Positions 50,649 through 60,868 of a stretch of 64,000 bases of DNA are shown in pieces; within the stretch, counting starts at the first letter, position 1; the number at the start of each line of letters is the position of its first letter. A program made the position numbers and the translations under genes. The stretch comes from Flavobacteriales bacterium (GTDB taxonomy: Bacteria; Bacteroidota; Bacteroidia; Palsa-965). The DNA lies in assembly GCA_040377305.1 (NCBI GenBank), contig JBEIPA010000008.1, positions 139,685 through 203,684 on the forward strand, given 5' to 3'. Below the pieces are notes generated by a model that had not been told where the DNA came from, did not search any database, and saw only the letters and a program-made list of their open reading frames with translations.

Positions 50649-51887
50649 ATGAATTCCCGCTCGCTTGAGAATATCAGGGTTGCTTTGTCCTCCATTAAGG
50701 GGCAGATGCTTCGGGCTGTACTTACTATGATCATCATTGCGCTTGGAATTGCAGCACTGGTGGGCATCCTCTCATCGATTGACGTGATTAAAGGCTCGCT
50801 GAACAGCAACTTCAGTAGCATGGGTGCAAACACCTTTACCATTCGGAATAAAGAAACGGTAGTACGTATTGGCAGAAGCGGTAAACAGCCCCGCCGTCAC
50901 AAGTCAATTAACTTTGAGGAAGCAATGGCTTTCTCGAATCAGTTCGAGTTTCCGGGGACGGTTTCAGTTTCTACAATTGCTTCCTGGTCTTCAACGCTCA
51001 AATACAAATCAGAGAAATCGAATCCGAATGTGCAGGTTTTCGGAACGGATGTAAATTACCTCGACGTTTCCGGATACTCGCTCGACAAAGGACGCAATTT
51101 CACTCCGCAGGAAGTTCACGATGGTACGCACGTAGCCATTCTTGGAAAAGACATGGTGAGCGAGCTTTTTAAAAAAGAAGATCCGCTCAATAAAGTAATC
51201 AGTGTGGGTGCCAACAAGTATGTGGTGATCGGTGTGCTCGCTGCAAAAGGCAATTCGATGGGAATGGGCGGAGATAAAATTGTGCTCCTACCCATAGAAA
51301 ACGTACGCGTGTATTTCTCTCGTCCTGATATGACGTATACGATCAACGTGCTTACGGAAGGACCCGGTCTCATGGATGCAACAATCGGTGAAGCGATCGG
51401 CGAGTTCCGTACAATCCGCAAGCTGCAACCTCAGGATGAAGACAATTTCGAGATTACCAAAAGCGATAGTGTTGCAACCACACTTATCGATAATCTCCAA
51501 TATGTTTCCTGGGGCGCAACCATTATCGGAATCATAACGCTACTGGGAGCGGCAATCGGATTGATGAATATCATGCTGGTTTCAGTCACTGAGCGTACCA
51601 AGGAAATTGGCACCAGAATGGCTTTGGGTGCAACCCGAAGAGCAATCCGAAATCAGTTCATCGTAGAAGCTATTGTAATCTGTCAGCTCGGTGGTTTGAT
51701 CGGAATTCTACTTGCAATGATTTTTTCGGGATTGATTTCTTACGGCATGGGCGGCGCTTTTCTTATGCCTTGGATGTGGATTTTCCTCGGATTAGGAATC
51801 TGCTTCGTGGTAGGCATGATTTCCGGAATTTACCCTGCTGTTAAAGCCTCAAATCTTGACCCAATTGAGGCTTTACGCCACGAATAG
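50649..51887 (+). CDS. MacB/FtsX-type ABC transporter permease
   Basis: 'GLMNIMLVSVTERTKEIG.R.ALGA', 'YPA.KAS.LDPIEALRHE'. Confidence 0.93.
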   Translation: MNSRSLENIRVALSSIKGQMLRAVLTMIIIALGIAALVGILSSIDVIKGSLNSNFSSMGANTFTIRNKETVVRIGRSGKQPRRHKSINFEEAMAFSNQFEFPGTVSVSTIASWSSTLKYKSEKSNPNVQVFGTDVNYLDVSGYSLDKGRNFTPQEVHDGTHVAILGKDMVSELFKKEDPLNKVISVGANKYVVIGVLAAKGNSMGMGGDKIVLLPIENVRVYFSRPDMTYTINVLTEGPGLMDATIGEAIGEFRTIRKLQPQDEDNFEITKSDSVATTLIDNLQYVSWGATIIGIITLLGAAIGLMNIMLVSVTERTKEIGTRMALGATRRAIRNQFIVEAIVICQLGGLIGILLAMIFSGLISYGMGGAFLMPWMWIFLGLGICFVVGMISGIYPAVKASNLDPIEALRHE

Positions 51888-51961
51888 GCCGCTTGAGAAT
51901 TCGCTGATAAAAAACTCTGTTTCCATAATATCCAGTCAATCCGCTTCTACTATATTTAACC

Positions 51962-53545
51962 ATGGCTCCACTAGTTACTCTTTACTTTATACCGATCGGC
52001 TTAATTATTGTCGTGATCATTGCAATCGTTCGTTTGATTATTCGTGCATCCAGCGGCGGCAACTCAAATGCGAACAACACGAATTATACAAACTATCGTC
52101 AACCGCCGAATACCGGACAGCCTGGTCAGCAGAATCCGTATAACACCGAACAAAATCCTTATGGGCAAAATCCGAATCCGTATCAGACGAATCCAAATCC
52201 GTATGTGAATCCGGCTGATCCGAACGCACCTCCTCCACCTCCGCCTGCATGGCAGAATCCGGGAACGTATCAGCAACCTGATTACACACAACCGAACTAC
52301 ACACAACCTGATTACACGCAGCAGAATTACACACCGCCGAATCCGAATCAGCCCAACTACGTTCCACCCACGTACTCACAACCCGGAACGTATAATCCAC
52401 AAGGAAATACGCGCAGTACCAGTATTGGTAACACGAACTATTCAACACACGTTGGAGCACCGGCGGACCAGAAGAAAAGTCCTGCAATAAAAATTATTCT
52501 CATTATTGTTGGTGTCGTTGTTGTACTTGGAGCCTCGCTTGCTTATGTTGCTTATCAGCGAAGTGCCGGAGGAGCAGGTCTGGTGAGTTCAGAATTCCGT
52601 CTGGCTTATGATAATCCAACAGAGAATACATACTACATCGTACTTGATGAGTGGGACACTTTAAAAGTTGAGCCATACACATCTTCAGAAGATCTTGACT
52701 ACATGCATCGCCGCGATCTTACTACACATCATTGGCAAATGCTGGATGAAGATCGTAAGGTGATTGCAGACACTACAGTGTCGAAAGAAGAAATGGAAGA
52801 CTGGGAAAGCACGCGCACTGCTTACTTCTGGGATTATTCCACGGTAATTTTCAATCCATCGGGAACGCAGTATGTGTACTACAACTCCTGGTTCGATGAA
52901 GTTGGTCTTGACTACATGGACGACATTAAAGTGGGCGACAGCAGTTATTATGCTGATGCGTATACAATCAACAGCATGTTCATTTTCGACGGCCGCGATC
53001 CGGAATACCAAACCGACCTTGCGGAAGCAACGGAGACGAGTACAGAAATGCAACAGCAATTCCTGTTGAACCAGTACGACTTCGCTGCATTGTATCACAA
53101 GCTCAACAACAGCAATGGCCAGAATGATAAGATGGAGGAATATCAACTCCAGCTTTCATTGCTGTATGAAGTTGCTTACGCCGAAGTTTTGGCAAGCAGC
53201 GCGTATGATGTAGACGACATGGGAACATGCAATACGCTCGACAGCTTAACTCCATCGTGGGTTGATGAAGACACAGAACCTCGTGATTTTATTCCAGCAA
53301 TAGATTACGTGAAAGCGAATGCCTCTTTATTCAGAGCTACAGCACGTGAATACTACGATTACGTAATCGATAGTGCAGATGCATTGCTGAAGCATTCTTA
53401 TACAGTGCAGGATCGTCCGGAAGAGTTCATGGCCATGACCGTAATCTCTTACGATGTAGACGCAGAAGGAATATTCAACGATGAAGGACGCCGGGAAGAG
53501 AGCTGGACGTACGAGAGAGATCCGCAAACGGGAAGCTACTATTGA
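51962..53545 (+). CDS. Hypothetical membrane protein with Pro/Gln/Asn/Tyr-rich linker
   Basis: Two TM segments flanking QNPY/QPDYT repeats; acidic C-terminal domain. Confidence 0.75.
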   Translation: MAPLVTLYFIPIGLIIVVIIAIVRLIIRASSGGNSNANNTNYTNYRQPPNTGQPGQQNPYNTEQNPYGQNPNPYQTNPNPYVNPADPNAPPPPPPAWQNPGTYQQPDYTQPNYTQPDYTQQNYTPPNPNQPNYVPPTYSQPGTYNPQGNTRSTSIGNTNYSTHVGAPADQKKSPAIKIILIIVGVVVVLGASLAYVAYQRSAGGAGLVSSEFRLAYDNPTENTYYIVLDEWDTLKVEPYTSSEDLDYMHRRDLTTHHWQMLDEDRKVIADTTVSKEEMEDWESTRTAYFWDYSTVIFNPSGTQYVYYNSWFDEVGLDYMDDIKVGDSSYYADAYTINSMFIFDGRDPEYQTDLAEATETSTEMQQQFLLNQYDFAALYHKLNNSNGQNDKMEEYQLQLSLLYEVAYAEVLASSAYDVDDMGTCNTLDSLTPSWVDEDTEPRDFIPAIDYVKANASLFRATAREYYDYVIDSADALLKHSYTVQDRPEEFMAMTVISYDVDAEGIFNDEGRREESWTYERDPQTGSYY

Positions 53546-53572
53546 TAGCTAATTAGTGATAGCTGATAAAAG

Positions 53573-53607
53573 AAAAAGTCCCGTGACAATTAAGTCCGGG
53601 ACTTTTT
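53573..53607. terminator. Bidirectional terminator nested in TGATAGC/GCTATCA arms
   Basis: AAAAAGTCCCG..CGGGACTTTTT between convergent genes. Confidence 0.75.
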
Positions 53608-53638
53608 AATTATGTAGCGTGTAATAAGCTATCAGCTA

Positions 53639-54088
53639 TTACTCTGCAACCACTTCGAACTGGAAAGTAGCAAGCACTTCTTTGTGAAGGCGAACTTTTC
53701 CAGTGTATGAACCTACAGTTTTCACTGTGTCAGCTGCATCAACTGTGATGTTACGGCGATCGATATCGAATCCAAGTTTGCGAAGTGAATCAGCAAGTTG
53801 AACTGAAGTGATAGATCCGAAGATCTTGCCATTGTCACCAACGCGTGTAGAAACTTTCACCACGAGATCTTTCAGTTTGTTTGCGCTCTTTTCAGCTTCG
53901 TCTTTCACTTTAGCTTCTTTGTGCGCACGCTGCTTTACGTTCTCTGCGTGAATTTTCTTCGACTGGTTGTCAGCGAGAATTGCGATACCACGTGGGATAA
54001 GGAAATTACGGCCATATCCGGGGCGAACCTTCACGATATCATTTGCATATCCGAGGTTTCTTACGTCTTGTTTCAGGATTACTTCCAT
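53639..54088 (-). CDS. rplI: 50S ribosomal protein L9
   Basis: 'MEVILKQDV.NLG...V.V.PGYGRNFLIP', 'KIFGSIT'. Confidence 0.97.
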   Translation of the reverse strand: MEVILKQDVRNLGYANDIVKVRPGYGRNFLIPRGIAILADNQSKKIHAENVKQRAHKEAKVKDEAEKSANKLKDLVVKVSTRVGDNGKIFGSITSVQLADSLRKLGFDIDRRNITVDAADTVKTVGSYTGKVRLHKEVLATFQFEVVAE

Positions 54089-54100
54089 GTTTCGTCCTCC

Positions 54101-54370
54101 TTATTTAAGCTGGTCAGCCACGTATGGCATGATTGCGATGTGACGAGCGCGCTTAACAGCAGCACCCACTTTACGCTGGAACTTTACAGAAGTACCAGTT
54201 AAACGGCGCGGAAGAAGTTTCCCTTGCTCGTTTACAAACTTCAAGAGGAAGTCTGCGTCTTTGTAATCGATGTAACGAATGCCTGCTTTTTTGAAGCGGC
54301 AATACTTTTTCTTCTTTACCTCAACCGAAGGTGGGTTCAGGTAGCGAATTTCAGAGCTATTTTCTGCCAT
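54101..54370 (-). CDS. rpsR: 30S ribosomal protein S18
   Basis: '[22 protein letters not shown]...AVKRAR'. Confidence 0.97.
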   Translation of the reverse strand: MAENSSEIRYLNPPSVEVKKKKYCRFKKAGIRYIDYKDADFLLKFVNEQGKLLPRRLTGTSVKFQRKVGAAVKRARHIAIMPYVADQLK

Positions 54371-54387
54371 GTCTTTTCGGTTTTAGA

Positions 54388-54759
54388 TTAAGCGTTTTCA
54401 GTTTTAGCAGCCGCGTCTTTCTTAGCAGCTTTTACTTTTGTACGGCGTTTCTCAGCGTAAGCAACTCCGTGTTTATCCAGAGCTACAGTGAGGAAACGCA
54501 ATACGCGCTCATCACGCTTGAATCCAACTTCAAGATCAGAAATGATGTTTCCGTTCTTAGCAGTGAATTCGAACAGTGTGTAATGGCCGGTAGACTTCTT
54601 TTGGATTTGGTAAGCCAGCTTTCTTAGGCCCCAAGATTCCTCATGAACTAAAGTGCCGCCGAACTCTTTTACGAGTTTGCGAAACTTGCCTACCGCCTCC
54701 TTTGCCTGATCCTCAGACAAAACGGGAGTCAAAATGAAGACGGTTTCGTAGTGATACAT
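54388..54759 (-). CDS. rpsF: 30S ribosomal protein S6
   Basis: '[11 protein letters not shown]', '[10 protein letters not shown]...G.Y'. Confidence 0.97.
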   Translation of the reverse strand: MYHYETVFILTPVLSEDQAKEAVGKFRKLVKEFGGTLVHEESWGLRKLAYQIQKKSTGHYTLFEFTAKNGNIISDLEVGFKRDERVLRFLTVALDKHGVAYAEKRRTKVKAAKKDAAAKTENA

Positions 54760-54832
54760 GATCAATTGTGATTTTTGATTAATAATTTATGATTTACCCC
54801 TTTTTTATCGGGACGGCAAAGATATGAAAAAC

Positions 54833-55050
54833 AATGTGCCGATCTGCCAATATGCCGATTTCCGATGAAAAAAGAGTGCAGTTAAGACTTTAGCAACTCA
54901 TTTATTATCAGCCGATTGCAATATGCCTCATAAATGATGTTAGACCTATGGCACATTTTACGTTCCAGGTCAGGCAAATATTGAACGAAAACTAACTTTG
55001 TCGGCTGTACGCCCGCCTCATGCAATAGGCATATTGGCACATCGGCATAG
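54833..55050. repeat. 8-nt-period inverted pair (TGCCRAT / ATYGGCA) with ~160-bp interior
   Basis: AATGTGCC-GATCTGCC-AATATGCC-GAT ... GGCATATT-GGCACATC-GGCATA. Confidence 0.7.
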
Positions 55051-55055
55051 CGAAT

Positions 55056-55874
55056 ATGGGATTTTGGTCAGATTTCGGAAAAGGAGTTTCAAGTCACGTC
55101 GACGGCTTAAAGTTCGTAGCTAAGAACAATCTCTGGCACTACTTCATTTATCCGGTCCTCATCCTGATTGTTCTTTTCATTGCAGGATACTGGTCGATTC
55201 TTGGTCTGGCCGATTGGGTGGTTGATTCTACGCTGGAATATTATGGATGGACCGACACCGGAAACATGGAAGAGTGGACGGGCATTCTCGCCATGGTAGG
55301 ACGACTGGTGGTCGGAATAATCCTGAAGGTTTTCTTCCTGATCATTCTCACATCGTACATCAAATACATTGTGCTCATTATATGTTCGCCTATACTGGCG
55401 TTGCTTTCAGAGCGTGTGGATGAGATCATCAACAACAAAAAATACCCGTTCAACTTCGGGCAATTCATTCACGATATGCTGCGTGGAATTCTCGTCACCT
55501 TACGCAACATGGCATTTGAAACACTAATCATTCTCGCATGCCTGATCATCGGTTGGATTCCGGTAATTGGTTGGCTCACGGTTCCGTTCCTGTATATCAT
55601 AGCGTGGTACTTCCTGGGTTTCGCCATGATGGACTATACCTACGAACGTATGCGTTTCTCCATTGGTGAGGGGGCGCGATTCACCCGAAAACACAAAGGC
55701 ATTGCAGTCGGGAACGGATTTATATTTTCTATGATACTTTTGCTGCCGTTCATCGGCGTGATTATTGCCCCTATTCTTTCCGTTGTTGCTGCAACATTAG
55801 CGGTGCTGCAAGTAAAGAATGAAGAAGCGATCAAGGGGCAAAACATCGCCGGACAAGGAATGATTCAGCAATGA
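55056..55874 (+). CDS. EI24/CysZ-like membrane protein
   Basis: Multiple TM segments, 'SP....LSE.V', 'YF.GF..MDY..ER'. Confidence 0.85.
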   Translation: MGFWSDFGKGVSSHVDGLKFVAKNNLWHYFIYPVLILIVLFIAGYWSILGLADWVVDSTLEYYGWTDTGNMEEWTGILAMVGRLVVGIILKVFFLIILTSYIKYIVLIICSPILALLSERVDEIINNKKYPFNFGQFIHDMLRGILVTLRNMAFETLIILACLIIGWIPVIGWLTVPFLYIIAWYFLGFAMMDYTYERMRFSIGEGARFTRKHKGIAVGNGFIFSMILLLPFIGVIIAPILSVVAATLAVLQVKNEEAIKGQNIAGQGMIQQ

Positions 55875-56599
55875 AAATCTCAGTAGTATCGTATCTCAAT
55901 TCCAAGCCATTCATTTTCGGATTGCAGAAGAAGTCATTGCCGGGTTGGGATGTTTCTCTCGACATTCCCTCTGAATGTGCACGCAAGTTAATCGCCGGTG
56001 AAGCAGATCTGGGACTCGTTCCGGTTGCAGCGTTATTAGCGATTCCTGACTACCAGATTGTAAGTCCATATTGCATTGGTGCCGTAGGAAAAGTCGATTC
56101 CGTGAAACTTTATTCCGAAGTTCCCGTTGAAAAAATTGAGAACGTATTGCTCGATTATCAGTCGCGCACATCCGTCAATCTTGTGCAAGTGTTGGCTCGT
56201 GAGTTGTGGAAAATCTCTCCTTCGTGGACCAATTCTGAAAGCGGGTTTGAATCGAACATCAGCGGAACAACTGCCGCTGTGGTGATTGGGGATCGTACGT
56301 TTTCCATGAACGGAAAATTCAAATACGAGTACGATTTGTCCGAAGGCTGGCAGTCGCTCACCGGATTGCCGTTTGTATTTGCAGTGTGGGCATCCAGAAA
56401 AAAAATGTCGCCTGAAGATGAGGCAACCTTCACGTCAGCGTTACGTCATGGCCTGGAGAATATGGATGAAGTAGTGAAGTACAATGCTGTGCATTACCCC
56501 GGTGTTGATGTGAACGGATACCTGACCAGAAGTATCAGCTATAATCTCGATTTGGAAAAGCGCAAAGCCATTGAACTTTTCCTGATGAAAATAGCCTGA
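55871..56599 (+). CDS. mqnA: Chorismate dehydratase (futalosine menaquinone pathway)
   Basis: 'VSYLNSKP', 'G.V.SV.L', 'SRTSV.L', 'IGD', 'W...TGLPFVFAVW'. Confidence 0.9.
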   Translation: MKISVVSYLNSKPFIFGLQKKSLPGWDVSLDIPSECARKLIAGEADLGLVPVAALLAIPDYQIVSPYCIGAVGKVDSVKLYSEVPVEKIENVLLDYQSRTSVNLVQVLARELWKISPSWTNSESGFESNISGTTAAVVIGDRTFSMNGKFKYEYDLSEGWQSLTGLPFVFAVWASRKKMSPEDEATFTSALRHGLENMDEVVKYNAVHYPGVDVNGYLTRSISYNLDLEKRKAIELFLMKIA

Positions 56600-56714
56600 G
56601 CCCGTCGGTCTTTGGGCCCGTTCGATTATATTTGTTAACCTTAGAAATCGGACCCCATGAAATCCTGCCGCTTACAGTTAGGATTCACGCATTCGGTTGA
56701 AAAAACTTAAACCT

Positions 56715-58337
56715 ATGAGTAAACGTTTATATCCCCTGCTCGCGCTATTATTTTTTGTGATGGTGACTCCTGCTTATGCGCAGAACGCAATCGACAAAGG
56801 AGCTGACGAAATCAAGCTGTTCAATGCAAGTCAGGCATTCAATGCAGGAGATTATCTCAAAGCGCTGAATCTTTATAAAGAAGTTCAGAATACAAATCCG
56901 AACGATGCGGCAATTGCATTTCACGTGGGTGAGTGTCTGTTCTATCTGGATGAACCCGAGAAAGCAGAAGATGCTTTTGAGAAAGCAAAAGGATTGAATG
57001 CTTCGGCACATCCGGATATCAACTTTATGCTTGGACGTTGTTACCAGCGTAAAGGCCAGATCGACGAAGCAATGACTGAATACACGGCTGCGAAAGCTCT
57101 GAACATGTCGAACGCTGTAAAGTCAAAAGAAATTGACTACTACATGAATCAGTGTCAGACTGCAAAAACCATGATGGCGAATCCAAAGGCCGTTAAAGTT
57201 GCGAATGCTGGTGCTGCTGTAAATAGTCCTTATGATGACAAGCGTCCTTCAATCACTGCAGATGGAAAGACCATGATCTTCACTTCACGTCGTCCGGAAG
57301 GAAGATCAGATCGTGTTGATGATGAAGGTGACCAGAAGTACTTCGAAGATGTTTACGAGTGTCCGTGGGATTCTATGAACCTGACATGGGGAGCAGCGGG
57401 TCTTGCAAAAGGTTCTGTGAATTCAGAAGGACATGATGCATCCTGTAGCATTGCGCCCGATGGCAAACAGCTTTTCATGTACGTGAACAGCGCTGAAGCA
57501 GGTGGCGGTGGAGAAATTTACGTTTCGAAAAAATCAGGTTCCGGAAAATGGGGCACGCCAAAGAACATGGGTAAAGGCATCAATACTTCTTACTTCGAAG
57601 ACGGTGCAGTACTTTCTCCTGACGGCAACACACTTTATTTCATGAGTGAGCGCGGGCAAGATCTTCCTTACAAAGGACAAAAAGGTTACGGCCGTTCAGA
57701 CATCTGGATGTCGAAAAAAGAAGGAAGCAAATGGGGCGAGCCAACGAATCTTGGTCCGACAATCAATACCGAACACGATGAAGGCGGAATTTACCCTGCA
57801 CCAGACGGAAAGACCTTGTACTTCTGTTCGAATGGTCACAACAGCATGGGTGGTTACGACATCTTCATGACGCGTTGGGAAAACGGTGCATGGACAACTC
57901 CGGTGAACATGGGTTATCCGATCAATACAATTTCAAACGAGCGTATGTTCCTGCTTGCGAAAGACGGGAAGTCGGCATACGTTGACAGCGATCGTGAAGG
58001 CGGACTTGGAGAGCGCGACATCTGGATCATTGATATGACCGGAATGATGGCGAAGAAGAAAGAAGGTCCAGTAACATCATTGATCACGGGAACAGTTTAT
58101 AACGGCGACGGAAAAGCAATTGATGCCGACATCAGTGTAACTGAAAACGGATCAGCAGTGAATACATCGAAATCTACTTCAGGAAATTACCAGCTTGAAC
58201 TTGTTGGAGATAAGACCTACGAAATCACAGTTTCTGCACCGGGATATAAAACGGTGAAAGAAACGGTGAAACTCGAAGCAGATAAAGAAGGCGGGACGTT
58301 TGAGACGGTGAAGCATTTTATTCTCTATAAGGAATGA
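56715..58337 (+). CDS. TPR + PD40 beta-propeller + carboxypeptidase-regulatory domain protein (PorE-like, no OmpA domain)
   Basis: N-terminal TPRs, five 'N.G..INT..E..P..DG.TLYF.S' repeats, C-terminal 'Y.I.VSAPGY'. Confidence 0.85.
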   Translation: MSKRLYPLLALLFFVMVTPAYAQNAIDKGADEIKLFNASQAFNAGDYLKALNLYKEVQNTNPNDAAIAFHVGECLFYLDEPEKAEDAFEKAKGLNASAHPDINFMLGRCYQRKGQIDEAMTEYTAAKALNMSNAVKSKEIDYYMNQCQTAKTMMANPKAVKVANAGAAVNSPYDDKRPSITADGKTMIFTSRRPEGRSDRVDDEGDQKYFEDVYECPWDSMNLTWGAAGLAKGSVNSEGHDASCSIAPDGKQLFMYVNSAEAGGGGEIYVSKKSGSGKWGTPKNMGKGINTSYFEDGAVLSPDGNTLYFMSERGQDLPYKGQKGYGRSDIWMSKKEGSKWGEPTNLGPTINTEHDEGGIYPAPDGKTLYFCSNGHNSMGGYDIFMTRWENGAWTTPVNMGYPINTISNERMFLLAKDGKSAYVDSDREGGLGERDIWIIDMTGMMAKKKEGPVTSLITGTVYNGDGKAIDADISVTENGSAVNTSKSTSGNYQLELVGDKTYEITVSAPGYKTVKETVKLEADKEGGTFETVKHFILYKE

Positions 58338-58380
58338 TTCGATGATACAATGATTCGATGATACAATCGAGATAAAAAGT

Positions 58381-58413
58381 AAAAGACCATCTGAGAAGGT
58401 GGTCTTTCTTTTT
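58381..58413 (+). terminator. Intrinsic terminator
   Basis: AAAGACCATCT-GAGA-AGGTGGTCTTT plus T tract. Confidence 0.8.
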
Positions 58414-58601
58414 AAAGAAAATTCCGCGCGATTCACAAACTTGATTCAACTGAGTTGCAGATTCCGCAATAATTTCTCCTTCTCCGATTCAAGCCTGCAA
58501 TTTGTTGCGTCATTCGATACGCATAAAAATTTCTACAGGTAAAACCGTTTTCCCTTGCAAGCTGGTGCGTGTTCCTTTACAAAAAACTAAAAGGAACAAC
58601 T

Positions 58602-59156
58602 ATGAAACTACTGACCGCACTCTTCGTTTTATTCTCCATTACTCTTTCCGCGCAAACCTATGATGGAACAACTGAATGGGATGACTACTTCATGCCAGGC
58701 GCCGGATACAAAACCTACACTCCTAAGAACAGCGATTCACTAGGAACATTTCAGGGATTTGTCACCGAATTCATCATCTACGCCAAAGCGAAAGAAACCG
58801 AAGGGCGACGAAGAGGTCCGGGTCGTGTGAAAACATTCACCAATCTGAGTATCATGAAAAGCAACAAAGAAGGAGTGAAAGATATTTTCTTCTCCAACTT
58901 TGGTTTGAATCTCTCCTTTGAAGGTGCTGTACAACGCAAATTTCTCATACCCATGTTCGGTCTTGAGATCGGTGGATTATACAGTCGGAACTTCTCCACG
59001 TTTCATTCAACACCAACTGCAGGGTTGCAGCTCATCTCCAACCGGCGCATGCTTTGGACCGCATACGGAGGTTATCAATACACCACGAAACGATTCGATG
59101 AGTACAGTGGTTTTGTAGGAGGAAGCACGTTAAACGTTTTGCTCTGGAATAACTAA
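58602..59156 (+). CDS. Hypothetical exported beta-barrel-like protein
   Basis: Signal peptide MKLLTAL..LSA-Q; amphipathic strands. Confidence 0.7.
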   Translation: MKLLTALFVLFSITLSAQTYDGTTEWDDYFMPGAGYKTYTPKNSDSLGTFQGFVTEFIIYAKAKETEGRRRGPGRVKTFTNLSIMKSNKEGVKDIFFSNFGLNLSFEGAVQRKFLIPMFGLEIGGLYSRNFSTFHSTPTAGLQLISNRRMLWTAYGGYQYTTKRFDEYSGFVGGSTLNVLLWNN

Positions 59157-59237
59157 ACGAATTTCATTGGAACACTAAAGTGCTACACTTGTTCAAGTGA
59201 GACTATCGCGTAGTAGCGAATGAAATAATATTGCCAC

Positions 59238-60332
59238 ATGCGAGCTGGCCTAATCATCGTAGGAATTGTTTTCTGGTTCTGCGTGAGCTGGTCTCCGTTG
59301 GGTGAATTGGCGTGGAGAAAAGGCTGTGAAGCTGCGCAGTCGAGGAGATATTTGAATGGGGAGTATACGAGTGTATTTAATGGGTTGTTGAATCGCGGTG
59401 AAGGAATGAAAGCGACATTTTCAATTCTGAAGCAGAAACCGTTTTATTATTTCGCGACTGAATCGGATACTGTTCGTTTGAAAGGTTTCAACGACGACAG
59501 TTTCCATCCGTTAAACCGAATTGACTTCGAAATGACTTTTTCCTCATTCGACATTTATGATGAGCAAAGCATTCGTTATATGCTGAACTATTCATGGGAA
59601 CCATCTGATCGTTTTCTCATGGAAGTTCGTGATGAGACATTCCACTACGTCGCTGCTGCGAAAATTGTCGAAGCTCAACTGGATTTTGATCCGGAGACAG
59701 AAAGAATTGTTTACGTCAACGACGGTTGGATTCACACTTACATATTCTATGAAGCATACGGAAGCTATTGGCAACACGCTGGCACTGTTTCCGTAATTGA
59801 TCATAGTGGTTACAACGAACCGGATCTTTCGTTACCCGGCTTTGTTGCTCTGACGCAGTGGTCGCACGGTACTTATCAAAGTGCCATTGACAAAAATTAT
59901 TACAGGTTGCTCAATGGTCGCTTGGAGGAGGCGTTCAGTATCAACGCATCCGCGTTTCAGGGAATAATGTATTACATAGATAGCATTCACGTTGGTGTAA
60001 CCTCAGAAACCGAGTTGGTGTTTGTTAACGCTTCTGAAACCTTCGTTGAACATCACATCAAAGTGTTTGCATACAGTCCTGAACAGGATTCAATTGAGCA
60101 CATCATTAAGGAAGAAATCGTAACCTACAGTCTCATGGCAAATTCCGAAGGCAAATTCTTGCCGAACAAAACCAATATCGGATTTAACTACGATGACTAT
60201 CGCGACAGCACTTATTTCTTTCCCGAAGCATACGCCTACGAAGAACTACGAAAAATGAAAGATAATGGCAGCGCAAAACAAAAAGAACTGCTCAAAGATT
60301 TCGTTTACGATTCAACGGCGACTTTCCGATGA
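59238..60332 (+). CDS. Hypothetical protein
   Basis: 364-aa ORF with an N-terminal hydrophobic segment. Confidence 0.65.
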   Translation: MRAGLIIVGIVFWFCVSWSPLGELAWRKGCEAAQSRRYLNGEYTSVFNGLLNRGEGMKATFSILKQKPFYYFATESDTVRLKGFNDDSFHPLNRIDFEMTFSSFDIYDEQSIRYMLNYSWEPSDRFLMEVRDETFHYVAAAKIVEAQLDFDPETERIVYVNDGWIHTYIFYEAYGSYWQHAGTVSVIDHSGYNEPDLSLPGFVALTQWSHGTYQSAIDKNYYRLLNGRLEEAFSINASAFQGIMYYIDSIHVGVTSETELVFVNASETFVEHHIKVFAYSPEQDSIEHIIKEEIVTYSLMANSEGKFLPNKTNIGFNYDDYRDSTYFFPEAYAYEELRKMKDNGSAKQKELLKDFVYDSTATFR

Positions 60333-60355
60333 AACACAAACTGATCAGCTATCAG

Positions 60356-60694
60356 TTATAGCTCTTCTTTGAGTTCCAACAAAAAACCCTTCACCCGCTC
60401 CAACGATTTCACCACCTCCACATTTGCGTTCGCCTCATCAGTCGTGGTGCCTTTCAATTTGTCCTTCGCGCCTTGAAGCGTGTAGCCGCGTTCTTTCACA
60501 AGATGAAAAATGAGACGGAAGTTTTCAATGTCGGCTTTCGTGAACATGCGATTGCCTTTGTTGTTCTTCCGCGGCTTGATGATGTCGAATTCCTTTTCCC
60601 AGAAACGGATGAGTGAAGAGTTCACGTCAAACATTTCGGAGACTTCCCCGATGCTGTAGAACAGCTTTTCCTCGACTTTTTCTTTGTACGGCAT
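60356..60694 (-). CDS. MerR family transcriptional regulator
   Basis: 'KLFYSIGEV..MF.VN.SLIRFWEKEF..IKP.K..KGNR.F'. True start is MPYKEK; the ORF-track extension to 61105 overlaps the NlpC gene. Confidence 0.92.
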   Translation of the reverse strand: MPYKEKVEEKLFYSIGEVSEMFDVNSSLIRFWEKEFDIIKPRKNNKGNRMFTKADIENFRLIFHLVKERGYTLQGAKDKLKGTTTDEANANVEVVKSLERVKGFLLELKEEL

Positions 60695-60868
60695 TCGCAA
60701 ATGATCCAGTGATGCAATGATACGATGATACAATCTGGAGAAAGCGAGGTGTTGATAAGCGTTGAAAAATCTGTGAAAATCTGCGAATCTGCGGCAAAAA
60801 AGACGGGAATCGGCTCTGTGAAAAACTAATCGCCTGATCTTCCGATGGTTTGTCGTAAATTTGCGCCC

